Source: Rhizodiscina lignyota
Taxonomy: Eukaryota
Direction of reading: 5' to 3'
DNA length: 64,000 nt
Assembly (NCBI GenBank): GCA_010015805.1
Contig: ML978127.1
Coordinates: forward strand, 1,798,001 to 1,862,000
Shown piece by piece: positions 1 to 11,200 of the stretch. Under the pieces are notes generated by a model, which saw only the letters and a list, made by a program, of their open reading frames with translations, was not told where the DNA came from and made no database searches. A program made the position numbers and the translations under genes. Every line of letters starts with the position of its first letter. Within the stretch, counting starts at the first letter, position 1.

Positions 1-1
1 T

Positions 2-155
2 GCGCATCAGATGAGGAGCCATGACGAGTCGGACGCAACGTATACCCGAGAGGGTGCCAATTCGAAGGAAAAGCTCGTCGACCTGAGCATCCTCATGGTG
101 AGTATATTCATTTTATAAGCTGATTTGCCTTGCGGGGTCGTAGGAGCTGTCGTAA
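2..155 (+). CDS. Probable 3' end of an unknown gene truncated by the window start (exon <2-97, intron 98-143, last exon 144-155)
   Basis: Open frame AHQMRSHDESDATYTREGANSKEKLVDLSILM, then GTGAGT donor at 98, GCTGAT branch-like site, TAG acceptor at 143, then GAG CTG TCG TAA. Confidence 0.4.
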
Positions 156-1923
156 TAGCTATCGGCCGCTCGGTGCGCAATGCTCTGGAAAAATTGAGCT
201 CGTAGCGACGATGAGCATGCACGGTCAGTAAATCTAATGCTACCATGGACGGATGTCCGGAGCTATGATGCAACGGAGAGCTCTCGAGTACATGGGTAGG
301 AGCTCAGTATAGCCTGTACCTGCAGATCGTTGATGCGGGGAGGTTGCAATGTTCGGGGAAGTTGAAGAGCAAAAACCTGGAGAAGCGGCGGGATTTTCCT
401 CATTGAGCGCAAGCAAAGTAACTACCTCTTGTAGACAATTTTCCGCGACAACGAGGCTCTTCGCAATATAATAGAGAGAAGACTGATGAGGAAGAATTGT
501 TCCGATAATGGAGAAGGCGTAGAGCGGAAAATATGGGGCTATGATTGAGACGGTGCGAGAAAGTCATGAAGCTACGGAGTAGAAGCGGAGTCTAGTTGAA
601 AAACAACAGGCGTGAGAACCGATTTCCAACAAGCCCGAATAGCCCTATTTTCTGTTGATCAAATTGCACTCCATACCGCTAACCTGGTGAATGGTCCAAA
701 CCTCGAGATCAACCGACGGGTCGATGGAAGTTCGTTATTTACATACGGTTTGGTTGCTTGTCGCCCTTACATATTTTCTATCGCGAACAGACAAGTGCAG
801 ATTATATAGAATATGCAAGTTCTTCGAAGCGGGCGACATCATGCTGAACACAGAGAACTCAATTGACAAATCGCAAAAAGACGATGATTCGAGAATCTAG
901 CTGTGGTGCGTGGGACATAGAGACGGCAGTAATAAGGCCGTAGGTTGTCTGAGCTAATGTCGACAGGTGCAATTACACACGGAACACAAGACAATGGTAG
1001 ACTTGATTAGGTTGGTGACTCGAACGAGGAGTCTCCAGCCCGAAGCATACTGATAAGTGTGAACAGTTCGAGGAAATGGCCGCAAGAGCCTCAAAGCGTT
1101 GGCATCGCAACCGCCAGCCAGGGTCTGGGGGTCCAGCCACATGGCCGCACAGACCATGCTTTCATGTCCCTATCTTCTTCAGAACCGGAACCCACCCCCA
1201 GGTTTCACTTTCATAGCCGTCACAGCTCGAGCGCCGCGCTATGGACCAATATTTTGCATCCACGCCTGTCATGATCGGTGCTGCAGCAGGGTAGAGTCCC
1301 TGCAGCGGGCGGGTCGGCGAGAGGTGGGTTGTGATGCGGCTGTTGCTAGCCACTACAAATAATAATTGGGGTGGCAGCGTCGACACCCAACCACCACCAT
1401 GATTCGCTTTAAGAGACGCCGCGCACTTGCGCTGCATCTGTTTTCTTTACTTCCACACTATTCCTGACTTTGTGCTCACTCAACAATTTCTATCGCTGCA
1501 ATTGAGCCTTTCGCTAGCTTAACATCGGACGAGAGTCGCTGAGACCACCGCTATCAACTACAACCTTGTCAAGCGTACAACCAATTGTAAGTTTTATTCG
1601 CACGCCAACTTGATTGCAGCCCACTGACCGGATGCAAGGTTACTTGAAGAGTTCCATTACTATCGACTGATCCACCGCTAGACGAAACGCTCTTCGACCC
1701 ATCTAGCAACCCACTACAGCACCGCATCAATTGATCGCTCGTGGAACGCTCTGCTTCTTGCATAGAGAATCTCAGAGACACTTTAGAGCCACGACTCGTT
1801 CCCCTCGCAGCATATACAACCAGTGCTGTCCTTCTGGCACCGTAGCCGTCGCTCTCTTCCACGAAGCTACCCCCCGAGACCTCGCACCAAAGGCCTCGAC
1901 ATCCCAGTCCTCCCACCGCCACC

Positions 1924-2203
1924 ATGAAGCGCAATCTCGTCATCTTCGTCATCGTCCTCGTCCTCTTCATCGTCATCGCGCTCGTCGGCTACCTCATATT
2001 CATGTTCCAGAGTCGGTTAGGCATACGGCCCGGCAGCACAACAACCGGCAGCGAAAGCACATCAGTTGCATAGACGAGGGCTAATGTGGTATTCACATAG
2101 TCTGCTCGGATCAACGACATCTAGTCCCGTGTCCTCGCAGAGACGCTCTGCCGGGCCACCTGTTGGCTCTCCAGTCCGGCGCGTGGTCAGAGAGGCCGCT
2201 TGA
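1924..2203 (+). CDS. 64-aa single-pass membrane microprotein (exons 1924-2015, 2101-2203)
   Basis: ACC-ATG context; MKRNLVIFVIVLVLFIVIALVGYLIFMFQSR with strong C-ending codon bias; intron GTTAGG...GCTAAT...CATAG; absent from the ORF track. Confidence 0.7.
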
Positions 2204-3066
2204 TGTCTCTCTTGAACGGCACGGGAAAGAGCTGTGAGAATGAGGGTATATAAGGATTACATGGCGCATTGCATACCGGATAACTGATGTTCCGGTGTAT
2301 AGGGCCTGCGAAAAAGGCCCATGGACATCGCTATTGCGTGCAAGCGCTATTCTTCATTTTATTTCAGCGCGGTCAAGAATGGTGAGATGGGATTGGTGTT
2401 GATATGAAGGGACGCACAATGTTTGAGCTCTGTCATTGATGAGCGGCATTTCCAGGCGCTTGGGATTGGGTTTACTATGAGCTGGGATGACTGTTTCTTT
2501 TGGATGAACGAGAACGCTGTACGGATACCCATAATGAACTTATATGTGCGAATCGCAGTTTAAATAGCATCTGCAAAAATGCAGAGGAATGGAACTTGGT
2601 CTCCATTTTGCTTGCTGAGGATATTCCGTTGAAATGTTATGTATCGTGTGATGCATTGTCGGATTAGAGCATGCCTTCTGAGGCAGAAGGTAATACGGCA
2701 CCATTTGTTGCTAAAGCCCAGATTTGCAGGTGAGTACCTAATGTACATTAGAAGTCAGTGAAAGTAACAGACCGAGAGCTGCTCCGGTGAGGACCTGTCC
2801 GCATTGGCAGCGTCCAATGCACCAAGGACCCTACCCATCTGATGGATAAGTCCTGACCTGAGAGGCCAAAGAAGTCCACAACGCCTTTTGCTGCTGAATG
2901 TGCTCGAAAACCCGTAAGAAGCCAACTGATCGAGATCAAAATCATCAAAGGTAAGCAGCATGCCTGTCTGCTTAGACTGCGGCACGGACGAACATACCAG
3001 TCCATATGGCTGGCGCAACATAACTGAGAATTTAAGATGACGCTCAAAGGGATGAGATGAGAAAGT

Positions 3067-4179
3067 TTAGGCTTCGGCTGCATCGTCCTGTAAGACAGCC
3101 TCTTGGTCGGCATCGTCTGCACCAAGCCCCTTCCCATTGGAGATCTTCGGGAATGGAGGTGGGTCTGCGGATTTGAAGTGTCTGTTGGTGGATATTAGCA
3201 TTATAGTATTCATAGGCGGTGATATGGCCACGACTTACAGATGTTGTTCATAAAAGTGAAGCATCTACAAAATGTTAGCGCCTGCTTAGGGACTGTGGAA
3301 GTGAAACCAACCTTTTGAGGGCATTTGACATTCAGCGTGGGCAGTTCATGGCGCGATTGCTTGCCATTGTTCCATAGAACGTAGGCGAATCTCTTAATCC
3401 TGTTGTTGTCCTTCGGGTCTGGATGCTCCTCTATGGACTCAACGCTCATCACCTCGGTTTCCCAGGAGCCCTTCGGCGGCTGCCATTCCTCTTTGGCCTT
3501 ACTTTTACCCTTGCCCTTGGCTTTAGACACAGGCCGGATGTCTTCTTCCTCTTCCTCCAACGAGTCCTCCATCCTCGCTTTCTTACGGCCATGGCCTTTG
3601 CCACCTTGCGGTGTAGATCCCTCAGCCCCACTCTTTCTTCTCTTTCTCTTTTCGGGTTTCGTCGGTCGTCCGCCGATCGACTCATAGTACTCTTCCACGA
3701 TCTCGTTGGCAGGTCCTCTGCGAATGCTGTCAGTTTGCGCCGAGCTGACCGAGTAGGTGGAGACCTACAGCAGATTCTCTTCAGGTTCCCATGTATTGTC
3801 GGATTCAGGGTAGTTCTCCCATTTCACGAGGAAGATTAAGCTGCGCTGGAACGGTTAGGGAAATACTCGAACCAGAAGCGGAGGCGCCTACATCGTCAAA
3901 GTCATGTGCCCGGATAGCCTCTACAACGTATCTAGATGATAGCAGTAAGAGATCTGAACTTCAATTTGGAGCACAAAAGTCATCCACATACATGTCTTCC
4001 GCTTCTTCCCCCTCCTCTTCATCTTCATCGTCCTCTGCGCCATTTTGTGCTGTCTTTTTGGCCGCCTTTGGGGGAATCTGGTCTTCGAAGTCGGATTCAT
4101 CTTCTTCTGACAGTGCCGCTTTTTGAGAACATCAGCTGGTGCAATATAGAAGGCAGGGTATCTTTAACTCACGCGGCAT
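3067..4179 (-). CDS. Heterochromatin protein 1 (HP1/Swi6 family), chromodomain plus chromoshadow domain, 7 exons
   Basis: Spliced product MPPALSEEDES...YVVEAIRAH...FLVKWENYPESDNTWEPEENL (chromodomain)...PPKGSWE...AYVLWNNG...KCPQKMLHFYEQHLHF (chromoshadow); stop TAA ends at 3067. Confidence 0.92.
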
Positions 4180-4578
4180 TTTGAAGAAGCGAGCGATCAG
4201 AGGATTGTAATGGCCCGCGTGCCGAGTGGAGAGAGGTTGGAGAAGGCCAGCAGAAGTGTCGCGTGTGACTCAATCGCAGATAGAGCTTGCGCAAGTAACT
4301 GCGATTGAGATATGAGATGAATGCGCGTGGAGTGAAGATTGCGTGGAGAGAGAGCGGGATTGGCGCGACTTGGAGAAGTGAAGATCGCGGATCGCGTTTG
4401 GTGGAGTGAAGCTTGGGCCACCTCGTCACGTAAAAAGTTGAAGAGCCGCAACCACACGCGTCAAATATAAAACTGCAAATCTGCTGCACACCACAACCCC
4501 TCCACACCACTTTCACTTGTAGCCAGCTCACTTAGAAATACCTTCTGGGAAGCACCTGAAAGGTGCCAGACCTTCAAT
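4180..4578. promoter_or_regulatory. Bidirectional promoter between HP1 and CCT5 with an MCB-like element
   Basis: ~400 bp between divergent ATGs; ACGCGT at 4456-4461 and further CGCGT cores; TATAAAA near 4467. Confidence 0.5.
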
Positions 4579-7500
4579 ATGGCGATGCGTAAGTTCCCCG
4601 CGCTCAATATCAAGACTTGAATGTTGCCTCCATGTGAACTCGAGCTCGTGCTAACGTTTACACGATGTAGAACTCGATATGTCAAATGGTATGTCCTTCT
4701 TTATTCACACTCGATACCCGCCCTTGGCTCGACCGGCTATATCTGACATGGATACTATGTACAGCTCGGATGATGCAGGATGAACAGGGACGACCGTTCA
4801 TAATAGTGCGAGAGTGAGTGCAGCGCATGTGGCAAGCTCCTTAGAAGCAACAGCTGATAGAAGGTATAGCCAAGGCAAAAAGAAGCGCCAGCACGGTAAT
4901 GATGCTGTCAAATCGCACATCCTTGCGGCGAGAACTGTCTCGAACATCGTCAAGACTTCACTGGTTCGTAGTAGCGGCTCGATGAATTAGAATCATATCG
5001 CTGAACCAGGATAGGGACCACGTGGCCTCGACAAGATTCTCATCTCACCAGACGGAGACATCACGGTCACAAACGATGGCGCAACTATTCTCTCGCAGAT
5101 GGAAATCTCGAATCACGTTGCAAAACTAATCGTAGAGCTGTCCAAGTCGCAAGATGACGAGATAGGAGATGGCACAACAGGTGTCGTGGTGCTGGCAGGA
5201 GCTTTGCTAGAGCAGGCGGCAGACCTCATAGACAAGGGCATTCACCCCATTCGGATAGCGGACGGCTACGACCAGGCTTGTGAAGTTGCGGTTGCAGAAC
5301 TCGACAAGATTAGCGACTCGATCTCGTTCTCCCGAGAAGAGACGTCGAATCTCCTCCGTGTTGCGAAGACGAGCCTGGGAAGCAAAATTGTTTCAAAGGC
5401 ACACGAGCAGTTTGCGCAAATAGCAGTGGACGCTGTACTCTCGGTTGCTGATCTGGACCGAAAGGACGTCGACTTCGAGCTGATCAAGGTAGATGGAAAG
5501 GTTGGCGGAGCACTGGAAGACTCGATATTGGTTAAGGGTGTCATCGTTGACAAGGACTTCTCGCACCCGCAAATGCCATCAGAAGTCCGCGACGCCAAAC
5601 TCGCCATCCTCACATGCGCCTTCGAGCCCCCAAAGCCAAAGACGAAGCACAAGCTTGACATCACATCCGTCGAAGAGTTCAAGCGTCTGCAAAAGTACGA
5701 GTCGACTAAATTCACCGAGATGATCGAGCAGATCAAAGCAACAGGGGCCAATGTTGTCATCTGCCAGTGGGGTTTCGATGACGAGGCAAATCACCTTCTT
5801 CTCACGAACAAGTTGCCAGCTGTTCGATGGGTTGGTGGACCCGAAATCGAGCTTATCGCCATCGCCACCCAAGGAAGGATAGTCCCACGATTCGAGGATC
5901 TGAGTGCCGAGAAGCTGGGCAGGGCAGGTATCGTGCGAGAGATGACCTTTGGAACGACAAGAGATAAGATGTTGGTAATTGAGGAGTGCGCTAATACAAG
6001 AGCCGTCACGGTGTTTGTAAGAGGAAGTAACAAGATGGTAAGTATGGACCTATCAACTCGACGTCTACATACGAGCCCCCAATCTGGCGTGGAGAAGAAC
6101 ACTATGGCTAGAAGCTAATCACTCTGAAATGTTTTTTAGATCATTGATGAAGCAAAGCGATCCTTGCACGACGCGCTCTGTGTCGTCCGAAACCTAGTGC
6201 GAGATAATCGCATTGTTTACGGCGGTGGAGCAGCAGAGATCGCGTGCTCATTAGCTGTTGAGGATGCCGCAGTCAAGGTCAGTATTTCGTTACTGCCAGA
6301 CCGTAGAGGACATTAGGCTAATCTCCCGCGCAGAGCCCTGGGTTGGAGCAGTACGCGATGCGCGCGTTCGCGGAAGCCCTTGACGCCATACCCATGGCGC
6401 TGGCCGAAAACTCCGGCCTCAACTCCATCGAAACGCTCGCGGCGATTAAGTCACGCCAGGTCAAAGAGAAGTGCTCAAGGCTGGGCGTGGACTGTATGCA
6501 AACCGGTAGCATGGGTACGTATTCGTTCATTTCCTATTCCGTGCACACCTCGTTTTCTTTTCATTACGGGCCCTGTCCAAAAGCAACCAAAGGTCATCTC
6601 GCTGCCAGATTGCGCAGACGGGATTTCGGCGCGGGACGCGGTTTTGTGGTTGGCGCCACAGGCTTCGCGGAACAGACGGAAGGCCATAAGGGTGCAGATG
6701 GGCTGTCGCTGCATGGCGCCTTTGAGTGGTTGTTGGGAGGGAAAACCTCCGACCGCTCAGAGACGTTTCTTCCTTTTTCTCGCCCTTACGCCCGGTACAG
6801 AAATAAATACGGTGGCTCTGTCACATGGGCGAGGCCTTGCGATCGTCACGGGCGCAGGACATGGGTTGCGGACCGTCGACCACCCCCACGCGGTCGTTCC
6901 CGACGCGCCGGCTCCATCACATCTCGCAGACAGCCGCCCCCAGCTGATTGCTGCGTTGCTTTTGCACATGGCACCTCTCGTCCAACCTCTCCCGCTCGTT
7001 CGCAATCAATTTCACCGGCCTCGCGTTGCCATTGGTGGCACGAGGTGAAAATAAGCCGAGTGCGGGCGGGCGACAAACGCTCGAATTGGCTTGCGACTTC
7101 GCGTGGCAAGGGACTCGTTGGCTGACATTTCGATATTTCCAGACATGCGGGAGCACTTCGTGATTGATCCCCTCATTTCGAAGCGACAGCAGCTATTGCT
7201 CGCGACGCAACTGTGCCGAATGGTCCTCAAGGTGAGTGGTGCCTAATCATCTCTTTCACGCTTTGTCCGTCTCGTCTCGCTCTGCCCTCGTCTCGCCTAT
7301 GCGCTCGTCACCCCATCATTATTGATTGTTTCCTATTTTCGGTGTCTCGTCACAATTTCCGAGGGGCCCTTCCGTACAACCACACGAGCGTGCCCGCCGC
7401 GCGTCACACACGCGCCTTGCGTTCATATTTTCCCTTATCACACTCAACCCCAACGAACAAAGCACATTTGCAAACGTCGCACAAGGGCAGCGCGGGCGGC

Positions 7501-7820
7501 CACAGTAGCCACGCCGCGCCGGAACATCCGAACATACCCCAGACCACATCTCCTTTGTACTTCCCCACCGGAGATCGATCTGCGCTTTTCAGCAGCTCGT
7601 TCGCTCGTTGCGCTTTTCAGGCGCATGTTGGTGAAGCGAGAGGCTGTATACCCCTCTGCGCCCATCACGCTCGTTTCCCGGTCATCGGGTCCTCAACGCT
7701 TTCAGGCTTTTTCACGCATAAAATGATCATCGTTTCTTTAAAGGGATTCTTGCTGACATGACGGCGGCTGCGCAGGTCAATAATGTGATCATCGCCGGTA
7801 GCGACGACAACGAGTTCTAA
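4579..7820 (+). CDS. CCT5: T-complex protein 1 subunit epsilon (CCT/TRiC), 9 exons: 4579-4588, 4671-4688, 4765-4813, 4870-4963, 5015-6037, 6140-6277, 6334-6514, 7143-7231, 7776-7820
   Basis: [49 protein letters not shown] motifs; C-terminus [44 protein letters not shown] recovered across 628- and 544-nt introns. Confidence 0.97.
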
Positions 7821-8201
7821 AAAGGCGAGGCGGGCCGTTTGGAGTGTGCGTGGCAGCCCGACGCAAGCATCGTCACAAGGCATGCGCAACTCGGAGTTCG
7901 GACACTAGATTTTCGTTGCACGGCATCCGAAGACGGGGATGGAAAAGGGCTATTGTGATGTATCATATCGAAAATTCTTTTCTGTATCGGCACAGGCGCA
8001 GCCACCCGTGCCATTGGAGCAATTGCATACAATAGATCGCGGGGAAGCATCGCGTGTAACCACACCCCCAGAGCTGTCTCGTCGCGGCTATCCTTTCTCC
8101 ATGCAAGCCCTTCTCGTCATCGCCGGCACAGAAATGCAGGCGCGCGGCGCTGTGCAACCGGGGAACGCGCCGGCGGTGAGTGTGGTCGCACAAAGGTATA
8201 C

Positions 8202-11200
8202 TTAGCTTCTGGGCTTGGTGCCTGGCCGTCGTTTGTACTTCCGCGGATCTGTGTGACTCCTCAGTGAATGTTTTTGTAAGCGTTGTGGCTTGCTTCGTGA
8301 TGTCGCAGAGACGACTCCGCGATATGGGTATACAGTGCTGCCTGTTTGCCAGCAGGCTTTGTCCCCTCACCACCACCTTCTATTCTCCATCGAAAGGCTA
8401 GTCATCGTAATCCAAAGCTACTTTCCACCATTATCCTCCCAATGTCGACCATTCAGCCTTACCATCATTGACCATTCTCTATCTAACAGTGCGATCCTCA
8501 GATACAGTTCAAGTGCCTGAGGGCCATAGCGCGTAGATGGCGAACGGCCAATGATGAGAAGGAGGGATGGTCGATATTGGAAGGGTGCTGGCGAAGAAAG
8601 CTTTGGAAGACGAAACCAGCAGTTCGACGGAGAATAGCAGGTGGTGGCAAGATCGAGTAGCCGACATTAGAATGACCAAGTCGTCGCAGCTGCAGCAGCC
8701 GTGAACGGGGGAGGAAGATCGCGACTGACCTTTACGCGACATGCGCAATTTGTCTCTCGTTCCTGTGAATCGTCGCATTACGTTAGCTTGTGTGCAGCAA
8801 GTGTGTCAGACAACTGCCGAAAGACGATTGCAATTCATTGAACGACGTGTAGAGCACAAGGACGTGAGGAATGAGCCGCATCCATTTCAGGAGTCCATTT
8901 CGTGAAGAATAGTCCGAACCCGGCCTAGCGGGCGACGATTATTCCCCGGAATCTTGATCTTCAACGGCGCGCGCGCGCCAAGATTCTTCTGGAATCCGGG
9001 GACCCCGCTTGGCGGCGCAAGAATTTGGCTGGGTGGCATCCAACATACGAACTTTAAATTTCGCCGTCGTATTCCAGAAATTCCGTTCTGGGTCCCATTT
9101 TTTCAATACGGGCACTCCGTGATTCGCCCATTGGAAAAGGAAATACCAGGTAGTCACCGCCAATGGGGGCATTCCCGCCACCAGGAATCGCAACCAACAG
9201 AAACAGAAAGACAATCCCGAGTAGGGCTCACTCTCGACAGCTCGCGTGGCCAACTGGGATGCACACTGCCTGGCCCTGACAGTGTTGGGAGTTCCGACTG
9301 ACTCGGCAGGATCGGGGATGATTCCGAGCTTGTTCGAAGCTCGGCGGGGCAGCGAAGCGTTGGGTTGTGGAAGTGAGCTGCCGATGAAACGTGCTCTCCC
9401 TTGACCCTGCGCTTCTCGAACATGGACAGAAGCATGCGAAACATCCTCACATCGCAACGCTCCTGCAGCATCGAAGCTTCGACAGGCCAGATGATCCGGC
9501 GCACGTCCCGCTTTGCGCAAAGTGCCTAGCAAGGGAGAGCAAACGACTCCGAGGGGTCCTGCAGTGAGGCTTCCAGATGCGTCGGGAATAGCTGAGTCGA
9601 GCAAGGGGAGAGAGCAGCTGAAGTGGAAGCAGAGAAGCGAAAGCGATAAGACACAAGAGAGTCATGAAAAGCTTACCTTTACCGCCCTCCCAGAAGCCAC
9701 TCCCTCTCTTGCCAACGAGAGTTGCGCGACAGATGCCGCAGTCCTCGGGGCGGTAGTTCTGCTCGCGGGAACCTGTGCGCGTTATTTTCCCGTCAGCAAC
9801 ATTCTGTTATAACAATGGAATTCTGATATAGCCTTGGCAGTTTGCCTTTGCGATATGCGGGCCGCAGCCGCATTGAAGGATTTCGAAATGGGGGACGTAC
9901 AGAAGCCACTGTTTGCGCAATTAGTTAGCGGGCCGTTGCATTACGACAGACGAGTGTCAAGGTTGAAGGAAGCAAAAGTCAATTGCGGTGGGCGCAGATG
10001 GTGGCTGCTGCTGCTGCTGCCCAAACAATGAGGCTGTTCGCACGCTCGACGCGAAACGTTGATCACTGTTGCAGCGCAGGAACAAGCACACGTGCGTTGG
10101 CTTGAAAGGGAAATGGTGGGGGTTGTGAGTGCAAGCGTGGTGGGGTCGGCAAGGTGGGGAGTTGGGAAAGCTAAACGCTCGCATCCAGCTCTGCAGCTAG
10201 ACATGACGTCTCGCGATCCTCCCTCCTCGTGCGATTGTGGCTGGTAACCTGTAATTGCACGTGCATAGGTAATAAATGGGTAATTGATGGGCGGCAAGAT
10301 GCGGCAGTGGAAAGCGATGCGGAGTATGCTCTGTCAACTGACCATATCATCCTATTGGCGTGCTCATTGTGGTGATCCGTCGCAGCATCATGGCATCTGC
10401 ACATGGATTAGCAAGAAAAGTCAACGTCGGTCGGATCGCATGATGATTGTTTTCAAGGTTCGAATGTCGAGATGCCTTACCTGTCGCATGGATACACCTT
10501 GGCACAGCAAGAGAACCTTTAACAACCTAGTCAGCGCTATTGAGTGAAGCGGGCCCGCCGTTGAGAGTTTCCCGCGTGTGGATTACCTGAACCAGCGATA
10601 CGACTTGCTGTAGTGGGAGCAACGTCCGCGTCGGGGGAGCTCTTGCCCTGCGACGATACCGAGCTGTTCTTTAGCCTACAGATATTGTCTCAGTTACTGT
10701 GCTACTCTCCCTGCTCGATTTCTGAACGCGGTGTTGTGGAAAGTAAAGTGCCGAAAGGGGCAGATTGATGGTCTGGGTGGCGCGAAATAACGAACGGGAC
10801 CAGCTGATCGTGGCGTTCGTGCCTCTCCCATAATGGAGCTTTACCTTCTTACGGGCTGGCGCGCGGCTAGCTCGAACTATTCAACGGCATCGTCAGCCTT
10901 GTGTCATCATGTCTCTGGGAGCGCTTCCACTCGGTCCCAGAGTTCAATTGCAGCGGGACATCGCAGGACCCTCATCAATTCCCGAGCGCCGTTGGGAGGC
11001 AACCGGTCAAGCGTAGAGCCGGAGACGGTGAATCACGTACCTGCACTTGCGCTAACTTGAAGGAATTTCACTTCCGGGATGGTGAAGGCTGCAAAGAAAC
11101 GGGATGATCAGTCACCTGCGCTTCCGGGATGCAACGGGAGCGCTAAACAAACGATATTGTCGGCGTATCGGGTGACGCACTCATCTTGCGGTGGCACTCT

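Noticed and set aside
6343..7761. ORFs of 260, 222 and 182 aa around the CCT5 3' end
   Set aside because: They read through or lie inside CCT5 introns 7 and 8; the true C-terminus is recovered by splicing
8939..9604. 221-aa minus-strand ORF
   Set aside because: Lies wholly within the 914-nt intron; no recognisable domain or typical composition
10877..11040. C/D box snoRNA in a CHY-gene intron (TGATGA...CTGA on the minus strand)
   Set aside because: The CTGA coincides with the branch site; no terminal stem or rRNA guide was recognised
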